Part shown: positions 18,001-27,911 of the stretch, in pieces
Position numbering within the stretch: position 1 is the stretch's first letter
How the letters are laid out: every line of letters starts with the position of its first letter
Origin: Actinomycetes bacterium
GTDB taxonomy: Bacteria; Actinomycetota; Actinomycetes; JAHEKZ01
NCBI GenBank assembly: GCA_024644345.1
Contig: JAHELE010000004.1
Location: 9,523 to 73,522, forward strand
DNA length: 64,000 nt
Reading direction: 5' to 3'
Position numbers and translations under genes: made by a program
Notes under the pieces: generated by a model
Databases searched by the model: none
Seen by the model: only the letters and a program-made list of their open reading frames with translations
What the model was told of the DNA's origin: nothing

Positions 18001-18760
18001 GGTCGGTGTTCCGGTCAGGTCCGACACCCAGCTCTCCCTGGCGCTCGGCCCTTCCGACGAACAGGTCGCCCCCTCCGGACTCCCTGAGATGACCGGCGCC
18101 GAGCAGGTCAGAGCTGAGCTCGACGTCCTCGGTCTGGACGCCAGCCGTCATGTCATCGACTTCTACAGTCCGCTCCTCCGAGCCCTCGACGTCGTACGTT
18201 CCCGCCATCTCCTCACCTGTCGCTCCCGCAGTGAGGTGTTGGTGGCCGGGGTCAAGGTGGCGACCCAGACCCCACCGATCCGCTCCGGTCGCCGGGTGGT
18301 CTTTGTCACGCTCGACGACGCGACCGGCCCGGTGGACGCCACCTTCTTCGAGGACGCCCAAGGGCCGTACGCCGCCACGCTCTTTCACTCCTGGCTGCTG
18401 CTCATTCGGGGCGAGGTTCGGCGGACCGGTCCACGGGGGGTTTCACTGCGGGCCACCGGATGCTGGGAGCTCGCCGGTCTCTACGACCTGTGGCAGCGCC
18501 AAGGAATCGGCGCGGTCCATGAGGTGCTCGACACCCCACCCCCCGGGTTCGGTCCGAACGAGGTCAAGGCTCCGGCCGCCCCGGACCGTGATGAGGGGGC
18601 ATCCTCCGCAGGAGGAATGGGACGCAGGCGAATCCTGGTGCACCCCAGTGGATTCCGGCAGTCGCCGTACGCCGATGTCCGTCCGGCCGGTGATGACGTC
18701 AACAAGGGTGCGCCACCCCGCAAGCTCTGGCACTCCAGTCCCGGCAGTTCCGGTGGGTGA
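15059..18760 (+). CDS. dnaE2: Error-prone DNA polymerase III alpha paralog (DnaE2/ImuC)
   Basis: Degenerate PHP domain (HLHVASGWS, TDRDG), ARGSGAGS, catalytic PDIDVD, KLDVLG, FGFCKAHA, OB fold; downstream of an SOS box. Confidence 0.93.
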   Translation: MTSSLSSFPHLHVASGWSLRHGASSPEMLVGVAADLGLTTLGLTDRDGVRGAVRFARAALSAGIAPVFGADLALAPPSTTGRAPERVRRTPARGGRTLDQRLPRVTVLARGPNGWAALCRLVSAAHARAELTGERGRPTVDADLVGQHAAEGALVVLLGPDSDVGRTLARRRPDLAMQQWRSWRARVPELQCEVVNHRGADPAGRSAPFAGRMLGWAHEHQIDTVLTNAVRYARREDAPVADVLDAARQLVPLDLRHLDRRTGEGYLKSSAHMTEVATEVARLSGVGTERATARALLAATEQLAEQCLLDPVADLGLGSVHFPELEVVDPAAAAAGRAPDAVLRERCDLGWSARALPITGRAAVDARDRLEHELGIIAGLGYATYFLTVADVVELIRSMQVRVAARGSGAGSLVTYLLGISGVDPVRHDLLFERFLSPLRQALPDIDVDVESARRTEIYTNIFERFGTARVACVSMADTYRVRHAIRDVGAALGLPPSEIDTVAKAFPHIRAKDAQNALRELPELRASRIADDPRMTLLFSLVERLDGLPRHLALHPCGVLLSDATLLDRTPVEQSAMGFAMSQFDKDDVEHLGLLKLDVLGIRMQSAMAYALDEIERVDGLPQRPDLDAVPFDDPATFDLIRSTHTLGCFQIESPGQRELVGKFAPETFDDLIIDISLFRPGPVKSDMVRPFLQARHGWAEPQYLHPDLEQVLRPTYGVVVFHEQVIDILHVITGCSRAEGDEKRRALGDPDGQAETREWFYRHARLRRYDLSTIERIWDVLRAFASFGFCKAHAAAFALPTYQSAWLKAHHTAGFLAGVLTHDPGMYPKRLILDDARQFGVAVLPLDVNTSQSGYRVERFDAADASPPPRSLANRALPDARGYGIRIALAEVKGISDAEVERIVSGQPFRSLTDFWHRAAVSRPVVERLVIAGAFDSLHGIDLTLPTSSARRRITRRDLLLQVAELDRWTAMPAARRTRVGVPVRSDTQLSLALGPSDEQVAPSGLPEMTGAEQVRAELDVLGLDASRHVIDFYSPLLRALDVVRSRHLLTCRSRSEVLVAGVKVATQTPPIRSGRRVVFVTLDDATGPVDATFFEDAQGPYAATLFHSWLLLIRGEVRRTGPRGVSLRATGCWELAGLYDLWQRQGIGAVHEVLDTPPPGFGPNEVKAPAAPDRDEGASSAGGMGRRRILVHPSGFRQSPYADVRPAGDDVNKGAPPRKLWHSSPGSSGG

Positions 18761-18809
18761 CGCGAGATAGGGGGACAATGGCTTCGACAGCGCAGGATGA
18801 GGGAGGCGG

Positions 18810-20051
18810 ATGACCAAGCAACAGCTCGGACGTGCTGGCGCCCGAAAACCGGCGCAGGGCTACCCCCCAGGTGATGACACCGGCTGCAATGTCCTGCACG
18901 TCGACATGGATGCCTTCTACGCATCCGTCGAGCTGCTCCGCCACCCCGAACTCGTCGGAACGCCAGTCGTCGTCGGCGGCGGCGGCACCCGGGGCGTGGT
19001 CCTGTCGGCCACTTACGAGGCACGCGCGTTTGGAGTTCACTCCGCGATGCCGACGTCGCGGGCGCGGCGGCTCTGTCCGAACGCCACCTTCCTGGCTCCG
19101 CACCACCACGACTATGCCCGGATCTCGGCCGGGGTGATGGCCATCTTCGGATCGATCACGCCACACGTCGAACCGCTCAGCCTCGACGAGGCGTTCCTCG
19201 ACGTCAGCGGCGCGCGTCGACGACTCGGCTCGCCGACGCAGATCGCCGAGCTGATTCGCACCACGGTTCAGGACGAACAGGGCATCACGTGCTCGGTAGG
19301 AGTGGCGTCCACCAAATTCGTCGCCAAGCTCGCGTCCGGACGATGCAAGCCGGATGGGCTCCTCGTCGTGCCCGCAGACCAGGTGATCGAGTTCCTCCAT
19401 CCCTTGCAGATCGGTGCCCTGTGGGGCGTCGGTGACAAGACAGAGGAGGCGCTGCATCGACTGGGCCTCCGCACCGTCGCCGACCTTGCCAACACGCCGG
19501 TCAGCACCCTGGAACGAGCACTGGGGCAAGCGGCGGGTCGGCACCTGTGGCAACTTGCCTGGGGCCGGGACGAGCGCACTGTCGTCCCCGATGTCCAGGA
19601 GAAGAGCATCGGACGAGACCGCACCTTTGAGACCGACGTCGACGACCCCGAGGTCGTCCACCGCGAACTGCTGGCGTCGTCGCAGTCCGTGGCGAGCCAG
19701 CTGCGGGCCAGGTCGCTGGCCGGTCGCACCATCGCGATCAAGGTGCGGTTCGCCGACTTCACCACGATCACCCGATCGCGCACGCTGTCCCACCCGACCG
19801 ACGTGGCTCGCGACATCTACGCCACGGCCGTCGCCCTCTTCGACGCCCTGGGCCTGGATCGGGCCCGGCTGCGTCTAGTGGGCGTCCGGGTCGAGGGGCT
19901 GGTGGACGGGTCGACCGTCGCCCACCAGCTCACCTTGGACGAGCGGCCCGAGGCCTGGCGAGCAGCGGAGCGGGCGGCCGATCAGGCCGCCGACCGGTTC
20001 GGTCGAGGGGTGGTTCGACCCGCCAGTCTGGTCGAGACACCCGACCCCTGA
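18810..20051 (+). CDS. dinB: DNA polymerase IV (Y family)
   Basis: HVDMDAFYASVE, YEAR.FGV.SAMP, SLDEAFLD; clamp-binding-like QLTL. Confidence 0.95.
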   Translation: MTKQQLGRAGARKPAQGYPPGDDTGCNVLHVDMDAFYASVELLRHPELVGTPVVVGGGGTRGVVLSATYEARAFGVHSAMPTSRARRLCPNATFLAPHHHDYARISAGVMAIFGSITPHVEPLSLDEAFLDVSGARRRLGSPTQIAELIRTTVQDEQGITCSVGVASTKFVAKLASGRCKPDGLLVVPADQVIEFLHPLQIGALWGVGDKTEEALHRLGLRTVADLANTPVSTLERALGQAAGRHLWQLAWGRDERTVVPDVQEKSIGRDRTFETDVDDPEVVHRELLASSQSVASQLRARSLAGRTIAIKVRFADFTTITRSRTLSHPTDVARDIYATAVALFDALGLDRARLRLVGVRVEGLVDGSTVAHQLTLDERPEAWRAAERAADQAADRFGRGVVRPASLVETPDP

Positions 20052-20238
20052 GGGGCGTGCTGGCTCCAGACCGAGACGCCGCGAGCCGATGAAGAAAAGG
20101 TGACAGATCACCGTGGATCCACCGGTGGAGTTTCGTCCACGCGCCCGGGGACCTATCCTGGTGGGGAGAGTCCCCGCGACACTCGCGTCCTCGGAGCCTT
20201 CCAGGCCCCGACCGTGCCACCGCAGCGAGGAGGAGGCC

Positions 20239-20616
20239 ATGCCGCTCTCTGATCACGAGCAGCGCCTGCTCGAGCAGATGGAGCGCCAGCTTTATGCTGA
20301 CGACCCCAAGTTGGCGTCCACGCTCCGCGGCAGCGGACGATCCCTGCGCTCGCGCCACCGACTCTTGCTCGGTGCGCTTGCGATCGTCGGAGGGATGGCT
20401 CTTCTCGTTTCCGGAGCGGCCGCACAGTTGTGGCCCCTCGGTGTTGCCGGATTCCTCGTCATGCTCGGCGGCGGTTGGTGGGCTAGCACCGGGTGGCAGA
20501 GCGGTTCGGCAGCCTCGGGCGCGGGTCCGAAGCAGACCCCCCCAAGCCCTCAGCGGTCAGGCTTCATGAGTCGGATCGAAGAGCGGTGGGACCGCCGCCG
20601 CGACGGCGAGCAGTAA
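20239..20616 (+). CDS. DUF3040 family membrane protein
   Basis: MPLSDHEQRLLEQMERQLYADDP, two TMs, FMSRIEERWDRR; strong SD GGAGG. Confidence 0.88.
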   Translation: MPLSDHEQRLLEQMERQLYADDPKLASTLRGSGRSLRSRHRLLLGALAIVGGMALLVSGAAAQLWPLGVAGFLVMLGGGWWASTGWQSGSAASGAGPKQTPPSPQRSGFMSRIEERWDRRRDGEQ

Positions 20617-20653
20617 CCTCCAGTTTCGTCCGCATCTGGTCCAAGTGTGTGGA

Positions 20654-23083
20654 CTAACCGCTCCGTAGCGGCTTGCGGACGATCCGCGCCACCGTGCGCG
20701 CCCACGTGCTACCTATCGACTCGAGTGTGGCGTTCCATGCGTCGATCACGGCGATCCGACCGGACGCCGGCCACCACTTGGCCAGCCGACGATCACGCGC
20801 AGACAGCCCCCGCAGCAGGTCGGTGCGGATGCTGTCGGCCATCCCTCGGATATCGGCGACCGAAGCGGTCGAGCCGGTCGCGTCGCGATAACGCAGTAGT
20901 TCGACCCAGGCAGCCAGTTGCCGAAGCCGCTGGTCCTCCTCGGGGTTAAGTCGGCCGCGGGCGGGCAGCCGAACAGCCAGATCGCGGGGCGTCTCGTTCG
21001 GGGCGGCCCGCAGGTCGACATCGGTGGCGGAGTCGAGGACATCGGCCCATCCAGCGGCGACGGCGCGATCAGTCGTTTCGATACCGTTCCACCGCTTGCG
21101 CCGCACCGTGACTGAGGCAACTTTGGGTGCGGCAGCCATCGCCGCTGCCAACCCGATCAGCAGCAGCCACAGCCACGCTGTTGAGGAGCCGCTTTCGGGT
21201 GTCTGAGGTGCCGACGTCCCGGCGCTGAACTCGCCACGGCTGCGGTTCGCCTCGAGGACATCGGTGAGATCAGTGGGGCGACCTCCACGGTTGGGGGTCT
21301 CGCAGCCCCCGCGCCGCAGTACGCATCCGCGATCGCGCCCGCCGCCGTTCTGCTGTGCCTCCTCGGTGGCGCTGGTTCCGGGTACCGGCGCATAGGCGGG
21401 GGCCGCGCCGCCGTCCCCGCCGCCAGGTGTCGGCTCGAAGCGCACCCAGCCGGTGCCCTCGAACCACAGCTCTGGCCAGGCGTGGGCATCGTGGGCGGTG
21501 ACCAACCAGGTGTCGCCCTCAACGTTCTCACCCGGCGTGAAGCCCACTTCAACACGTGAGGGGATGCCGAGTGTCCTGGCCATCAGTGCCATGGTCGCTG
21601 AGAACTGTTCGCAGTATCCGCTGCGAGATCGAAGGAACCGCTCGAGAGCTTCTGCGCGATTGCCGCTCACGGTCTCGAGGCTGTAGTCGAACTTGGTACG
21701 GAACCAGTTCTGCAGCGCGAGGGCCCGGTCGTAGTCGTTCGTCGCCTGCGCTGTGACCTCAGCCGCCAATGGGGTGAGTCGTTCATCGATCGGGTCAGGC
21801 AGCGTGAGCATCGGGTTCAGTGAGGGGTCGGCAGCCGGTGCCGAGCGCAACTGGTCGACAGTGGGCGCCACCTCAAGAACCGTGGCGCGGTAGCTCTGGT
21901 TGAACGCCGAGCCGTCCTCGTCCGGGCTGAACACGTCAAAGCTCTGCTCGTCCCACCGCCAGTCGCCTTCTATGTCGACGACAGTTGCGGGATAGGGGAG
22001 CGGTAGTCGCGGCGTGTCGAGTGCCCCGACGGCGAAGTCGTAGCTCACCTCCGTGCGTGCGACATCCTCGCCGAGTCCTGGCGGTGGCGGCAGACCGCGT
22101 GAAGCCTGCTGGTCGCTGCCGGCCTGCAGCTCCTCCAAGGTCCACGTCTCTCCGTCGAACTGATCGAGCGTTGCGATGCGCAGATACTGCGGTGTCTCCG
22201 CGTCGGTGGTGTAGGCGAGTACCTCGCTGTCCTCGGCCTGGGTCAGATCCTGCTGCAGGTCGACGAGAGGGTTGACCGTGATGATGCGACGCTCGGTCGC
22301 TGACGAGTCGCCGTTGCCGCCGTTGCCACCGCTCCCATCGCCTGACCCGCCGCCGAACCGGCCGTCCTCGAGGCTCGGAAGAATGATCGGAATGATCACG
22401 GCCACGGTGAGCGCCGCCACACCGATGCGACGGCCGGTGCCACCAATCGAGTGGATCGTGCCGTCTCCGCCCCCCTCGATGGGTCGGCCCCAGCGCGAGA
22501 GCTCAAGACGTCCATCCTCGAGCAACAGGATCAACCAGCCCACACCGGCGGCAACGAACAGCGGCCACGGGACTCCGTCCGGAAGCACCGTCGCGGGAAC
22601 GAGGTAGAGGGCCAGCAGCGGGACGCCGGCCAGCGTCGCGCGTCTGTTGGTGACGGCGATCGCATCGACAGCCCACGCGATGAGGGCGACGCCGCTCACG
22701 ACCAGGAAGCTGATGCCGTCGGTGACTGTGACGGGGGCTACCTCCTGCTCGATGACCGAGCTGCCGTCGCGCACGAGGGTCCCGAAGGCGCGCCAGACGT
22801 CCGGGTCGGGCAGCACGCCGAAGAGCGCGACGTCGCTGGCGTAGAGCCAGGTGAGCAGCAGGACCAGGCCGACTGCCTGCAGGGTCATCACCGCCCAGCC
22901 GGGAAGCGACAGTGCCCTGGCCGCACCGCCGATCAGGGCGGTGGTGGCGATGACCAAGAAGGTGGCGAGCACCCAGGGACCCTCGGCAAGAGTTGGCGAC
23001 AGCGCGATCGACGTGAGCGCCACCGCGCCGGCAGCGGCCAGGGTGGGGCGAACTTGGCGCGTCACGGCCCGGCGCGCACTCAT
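20654..23083 (-). CDS. Membrane transglutaminase-like protein (TgpA/DUF3488)
   Basis: N-terminal TMs, GYCEQFS, HAWPE and RFEPT motifs. Confidence 0.88.
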   Translation of the reverse strand: MSARRAVTRQVRPTLAAAGAVALTSIALSPTLAEGPWVLATFLVIATTALIGGAARALSLPGWAVMTLQAVGLVLLLTWLYASDVALFGVLPDPDVWRAFGTLVRDGSSVIEQEVAPVTVTDGISFLVVSGVALIAWAVDAIAVTNRRATLAGVPLLALYLVPATVLPDGVPWPLFVAAGVGWLILLLEDGRLELSRWGRPIEGGGDGTIHSIGGTGRRIGVAALTVAVIIPIILPSLEDGRFGGGSGDGSGGNGGNGDSSATERRIITVNPLVDLQQDLTQAEDSEVLAYTTDAETPQYLRIATLDQFDGETWTLEELQAGSDQQASRGLPPPPGLGEDVARTEVSYDFAVGALDTPRLPLPYPATVVDIEGDWRWDEQSFDVFSPDEDGSAFNQSYRATVLEVAPTVDQLRSAPAADPSLNPMLTLPDPIDERLTPLAAEVTAQATNDYDRALALQNWFRTKFDYSLETVSGNRAEALERFLRSRSGYCEQFSATMALMARTLGIPSRVEVGFTPGENVEGDTWLVTAHDAHAWPELWFEGTGWVRFEPTPGGGDGGAAPAYAPVPGTSATEEAQQNGGGRDRGCVLRRGGCETPNRGGRPTDLTDVLEANRSRGEFSAGTSAPQTPESGSSTAWLWLLLIGLAAAMAAAPKVASVTVRRKRWNGIETTDRAVAAGWADVLDSATDVDLRAAPNETPRDLAVRLPARGRLNPEEDQRLRQLAAWVELLRYRDATGSTASVADIRGMADSIRTDLLRGLSARDRRLAKWWPASGRIAVIDAWNATLESIGSTWARTVARIVRKPLRSG

Positions 23084-24363
23084 GCGCTGACCTCGGGTGC
23101 GAGTGTCGCGCTGGCTGAAGTCCCACCGGAGAACCCCAGGTGTCGCCACGACTCCGCGAGGCTCTCGGCCCGCCCTAGCGGCAGGACCGCCCATCCTGCG
23201 GACCGCAGGAGCTCCCATGCGCCCAGGGTGTCGGGACGTGTCGCCTCGTTCTTCCAGGATGCGCAGTCCAGCGCGACGGCGACAGTCGTCCCCATGCCGT
23301 GCCGGGCACGGGCCAAGGCGTCGGCCTCTTTGAGCGTGGTGGCGCCGAGCACCATGACGATCAGGCCGTCACTGCCGTGGCGGACCGTCTGGGTCAGGGT
23401 GTGGATGCTGGACGACCTGCTGAGCTCGGCGACCGCGAGGGCGTCGAGCACCATTCCGGTGGGATCGGAGTTGGCGACGTTGTCGACCGCGCTCGCCGAG
23501 GTGACCTCGCGAGCGTCCGCCACGAGGCGAACGGCGTAGCCGCGGTGGGACAGGTGCAGGGCGATCGAGGCCGCTGCGCCGACCGCCCGTTCGAACGTGC
23601 CCGACATCGGTTCGCCGACGTGCGCGGGTCTGCGATCGTCGAGGATCACCGTTGCCCGGCTCTCCCATGGCTGTTCCTCTCGGCGCACCATCAACGAGCC
23701 GGATCGCGCGGTCGCTCGCCAGTGCACGCGGCGCAGCTCATCTCCGTGCCGGTACTCACGGACGGCGACGTCGTCCTCGCCGGCAGTGGCGATGGATCGC
23801 GCCCGACTCTCACCGGTGCCGGACCAGTCGCCGGACAGCGGCACTGCGGGCAACACCTCTGTCCGAGGCGTGACCAGCAGGTGACGTTGTCCGCTGAACG
23901 AGCGATCGAGCTGGCAGAACCCGAACGGATCGGTGAGCCGGACCGAGAGCGGACCGATCGGGTACCTGCCGCGTCGGTCGGCATGCACGGTGTAGGTGAC
24001 CGATCGGACCGATTGCGGCGCCAGGCGATCGACGACAAATCGGGGTCGAGGACCGAGCGCCTTGGGGACAGCGTCTTCGACCATCAGCAGTCCGGTGGGC
24101 AGGTGCGCCACATTCTCAAGCCGAATGGTGACCGAAGCGGACTCACCGGCCGGCGTTCGTGACGGCTCGATGGTGCGGCCGGAGCCGAGCCGGAACCTGG
24201 TTCGGGCCACGCTGGCTGCAGCCAGTAGCGGTAGGGCGCTGGCGAGCAGGCCGACGCGCATGATGTCTTGCTGGTCCAGCATTGCGGCCAGCAGGAACGC
24301 GGTCACCCCGGCAGCGAGCAGGGCTCGGCCCCGGGGGGTGAGACCAGCCAGCGCCGCACGCAT
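23080..24363 (-). CDS. DUF58 family protein
   Basis: RGRY..GPL, DPFG and REYRHGDELRRVHWRATAR.G.LMVR motifs. Confidence 0.9.
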   Translation of the reverse strand: MRAALAGLTPRGRALLAAGVTAFLLAAMLDQQDIMRVGLLASALPLLAAASVARTRFRLGSGRTIEPSRTPAGESASVTIRLENVAHLPTGLLMVEDAVPKALGPRPRFVVDRLAPQSVRSVTYTVHADRRGRYPIGPLSVRLTDPFGFCQLDRSFSGQRHLLVTPRTEVLPAVPLSGDWSGTGESRARSIATAGEDDVAVREYRHGDELRRVHWRATARSGSLMVRREEQPWESRATVILDDRRPAHVGEPMSGTFERAVGAAASIALHLSHRGYAVRLVADAREVTSASAVDNVANSDPTGMVLDALAVAELSRSSSIHTLTQTVRHGSDGLIVMVLGATTLKEADALARARHGMGTTVAVALDCASWKNEATRPDTLGAWELLRSAGWAVLPLGRAESLAESWRHLGFSGGTSASATLAPEVSA

Positions 24364-24376
24364 ATCAGCTCGCCTG

Positions 24377-25372
<996 letters not shown>

Positions 25373-25575
25373 AGCTCGTCCTGGGGTGCGAGGTGGGGCA
25401 CCAGGCCTCCTGGGCGTTGGCGGCGGGCGGGTTGATGACCAGGTGTCATCGCACTCCAGCGTAAGCCGCCGGACGCCTATCGGCCTGCAGAAACACTTCC
25501 CCCACTTCACTCCACGGCTTTGATCTGCATATTTGTCCCTCAAGATTCCGTCACAGGGGGTCGAAATGATTGACG

Positions 25576-25609
25576 GTGGGGGAAAGTGGAGTATGGTGGC
25601 GCATCGTGG
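25576..25609 (+). promoter_or_regulatory. MraZ operator: four GTGG boxes with 10-bp period
   Basis: GTGG at 25576, 25586, 25596 and 25606, just upstream of mraZ. Confidence 0.85.
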
Positions 25610-25637
25610 ATGAGAGCGGAGAGGGGAGGCGGCGCCG

Positions 25638-26066
25638 GTGTTCTTGGGCACGCACTACCCCAAGCTCGACGACAAAGGACGTCTCTTCCTGCCGGCCAAG
25701 TTCCGTGAACCCCTCCAGGGCGGACTGGTGATCACCAAGGGGCAGGAGCACTCGCTCTTCGTGTTCCCCCGAGAAGACTTCTTTGAGTACGCGCGCCGGT
25801 TTGAGGACGCACCCCTCTCCAGCAAGGGCACCCGCGACTATGTGCGCGTCCTGCTCTCGGGCGCCTCAGACGAGCTGCCCGACCGGCAAGGACGGATCAC
25901 CGTTCCGCCAACGCTGCGGGAGTACGCGGGACTCACCAAGGAGTGCGTGGTCATCGGAGCTGGATCTCGGGTGGAGATCTGGGACTCCGGTCGATGGGCT
26001 GACTACCTGGGACCCAGTGAAGGCGCCTACGCAGACCTCAGCGAGGAGGTGCTGCCGGGCACCTGA
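25638..26066 (+). CDS. mraZ: Division/cell wall transcriptional regulator MraZ
   Basis: LDDKGRL..PAKFR, DRQGRI.VP..LR and RVEIWD motifs. Confidence 0.96.
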   Translation: MFLGTHYPKLDDKGRLFLPAKFREPLQGGLVITKGQEHSLFVFPREDFFEYARRFEDAPLSSKGTRDYVRVLLSGASDELPDRQGRITVPPTLREYAGLTKECVVIGAGSRVEIWDSGRWADYLGPSEGAYADLSEEVLPGT

Positions 26067-26075
26067 CTCCGCCGT

Positions 26076-26181
26076 CCTCGAGGTGTGGTCTTCCGCCGCT
26101 CTGATCAGTCCGGACCGTCCTGGCGCACCTTCCCCGGTGCCAGGCCCCGGAGCAGGAGCGGAGGAAGACCAGACCGCGAGG
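26076..26181 (+). ncRNA. mraW RNA motif-like structured element
   Basis: Long outer stem (26076-26101 pairs with 26156-26181, 23/26) enclosing hairpin CCTGGCGC-ACCTTCCCCG-GTGCCAGG with CUUCCCC loop; lies between mraZ and rsmH as for the actinobacterial mraW motif. Confidence 0.78.
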
Positions 26182-26230
26182 GCACCCCGAGTTCATTCCA
26201 TCGAAGTTAGCCGCACGTGAAGGGTCGAGC

Positions 26231-26437
26231 ATGAGTGGCACGTTGGGGATCGCCCCGATTCGCACAGCCGGAGCTGAGGGCATCCATCGTTTGGTGCGTT
26301 CGGTCACCGTTCACCGGAGGGCTGTCGCCCGCCGGGGTGGTCTCACCACTCTGCCGGCGCTCGCGGTGGCGATCGTCGTGACCGCGAGCGTGGTCTGGGT
26401 GACGGTGGCGGCGGCCAGCAGCTGGAGACCGGTGTGA
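26231..26437 (+). CDS. Putative small single-pass membrane protein
   Basis: 68 aa; SD-like GAAGGG; C-terminal hydrophobic helix; stop overlaps the rsmH start (GTGA). Confidence 0.45.
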   Translation: MSGTLGIAPIRTAGAEGIHRLVRSVTVHRRAVARRGGLTTLPALAVAIVVTASVVWVTVAAASSWRPV

Positions 26438-27372
26438 CCGAGCCAACCCATGCACCCGTGATGTGCGCCCGGGTGGTGGCGCTGTTGGCGCCAGCACTGC
26501 AGGCGCCCGGTGCAGTCCTCGTCGACGCGACGGTGGGCCTTGGTGGGCACAGTGGAGCCCTGCTGAGATCCTGCCCCAACGCTCGGCTGGTGGGTATCGA
26601 CCGGGACCCAGGCGCGCTCGCCGTTGCGAACGACCGGCTCACCGACGTGGCCGAACGCATCACGCTGGTGCACGCCATATACGACGACATTCCCCAGGTC
26701 CTCGCCGACCTCGGACTGCCGCGGGTGAACGGGGTGCTTCTCGATCTCGGGGTCTCCTCGATGCAGCTGGACCGGGCCGAGCGTGGATTCGCCTACTCGT
26801 ACGATTCTCCGCTGGACATGCGGATGGATCCCACCGCGCAGCTCACGGCTGCCGCGGTGGTCAACGACTACCCGGTCAGTGACCTGGCGAGGGTGCTGCG
26901 TGAGTACGGCGAGGAGCGATTCGCCCAGCGGATCGCCAGAGAGATCGCCCGCAGACGTCCGCTCGTGAGCAGCGCCGAGCTCGTCGACGCGATTCGCGAG
27001 GCCGTACCGGCTGCGGCACAGCGCCATGGTGGGCATCCGGCCAAGCGCACCTTCCAGGCACTGCGGATCGAGGTCAACGACGAGCTCGGTGCGCTGCGGA
27101 GAGCGCTTCCTGCCGCTGTGGATGCGTTGGCTGTCCACGGTCGGATCGTGGTCATGTCCTACCAGTCCCTCGAGGACCGGATCGCCAAGCGCGTGCTGGC
27201 CGACCATCTGGTCGATGACGTCCCGGTGGATCTGCCCGTCCCGGGCCACGGACCGGAGCTTCGCCTGCTCACCAGAGGCGCTGAACGGCCGACAGCTGAG
27301 GAGATTGCGGCCAACCCGCGCGCAACGTCGGCCCGAGTTCGCGCTGCCGAGCGGGTTCGGGAGGCCGCATGA
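26434..27372 (+). CDS. rsmH: 16S rRNA m4C1402 methyltransferase
   Basis: [25 protein letters not shown] and [15 protein letters not shown] motifs. Confidence 0.96.
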   Translation: MTEPTHAPVMCARVVALLAPALQAPGAVLVDATVGLGGHSGALLRSCPNARLVGIDRDPGALAVANDRLTDVAERITLVHAIYDDIPQVLADLGLPRVNGVLLDLGVSSMQLDRAERGFAYSYDSPLDMRMDPTAQLTAAAVVNDYPVSDLARVLREYGEERFAQRIAREIARRRPLVSSAELVDAIREAVPAAAQRHGGHPAKRTFQALRIEVNDELGALRRALPAAVDALAVHGRIVVMSYQSLEDRIAKRVLADHLVDDVPVDLPVPGHGPELRLLTRGAERPTAEEIAANPRATSARVRAAERVREAA

Positions 27373-27911
27373 GCGTCGCGACCCCACAACGTCGGACGAC
27401 CACACCCGCTCCCAGGGCTCGGCGCCAGCCGGCGGTTCGCCCCGCCGCCGCCCCGGCGCCGGCGCGCGCACCCTTCGTCGTGCTCGTGCTGGTCCTGCTG
27501 TCGGTGGGACTCGGTGCGCTGCTCCTGCTGAACACCCTGCTCGCCCAGGGTTCGTTCACCCTGCACTCGCTGGATGCCCGGGTGGCAGATCTGGCCGATC
27601 AAGAGCAGGCGCTGCAGCAGCGAACGGCCGAGCTTGCATCACCCCGGCGACTGGCGAGGAGCGCCGCCCGGATCGGCATGGTTCCGTCGGTCAACCCAGC
27701 TTTCCTCCGGACCGAGAACGGCAAGATCCTCGGCGAGCCGATCCCGGCGACAAGCAGGGCACCCGTGGTTGGATCGGAAACCACGCCGGTGGCCGGTGCT
27801 GACGACGCACAGACCAAGGCCAGCGGGTCCGGCCCGAGTCCAGATGAGAAGCAGACCAAGAAGAACGGGTCGTCGACGAACGACCAGACCGGCGGAGGGA
27901 CGGATCGGTGA
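27369..27911 (+). CDS. ftsL: Cell division protein FtsL-like
   Basis: Single TM plus coiled coil and A..IGM motif; between rsmH and ftsI. Confidence 0.7.
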   Translation: MSVATPQRRTTTPAPRARRQPAVRPAAAPAPARAPFVVLVLVLLSVGLGALLLLNTLLAQGSFTLHSLDARVADLADQEQALQQRTAELASPRRLARSAARIGMVPSVNPAFLRTENGKILGEPIPATSRAPVVGSETTPVAGADDAQTKASGSGPSPDEKQTKKNGSSTNDQTGGGTDR

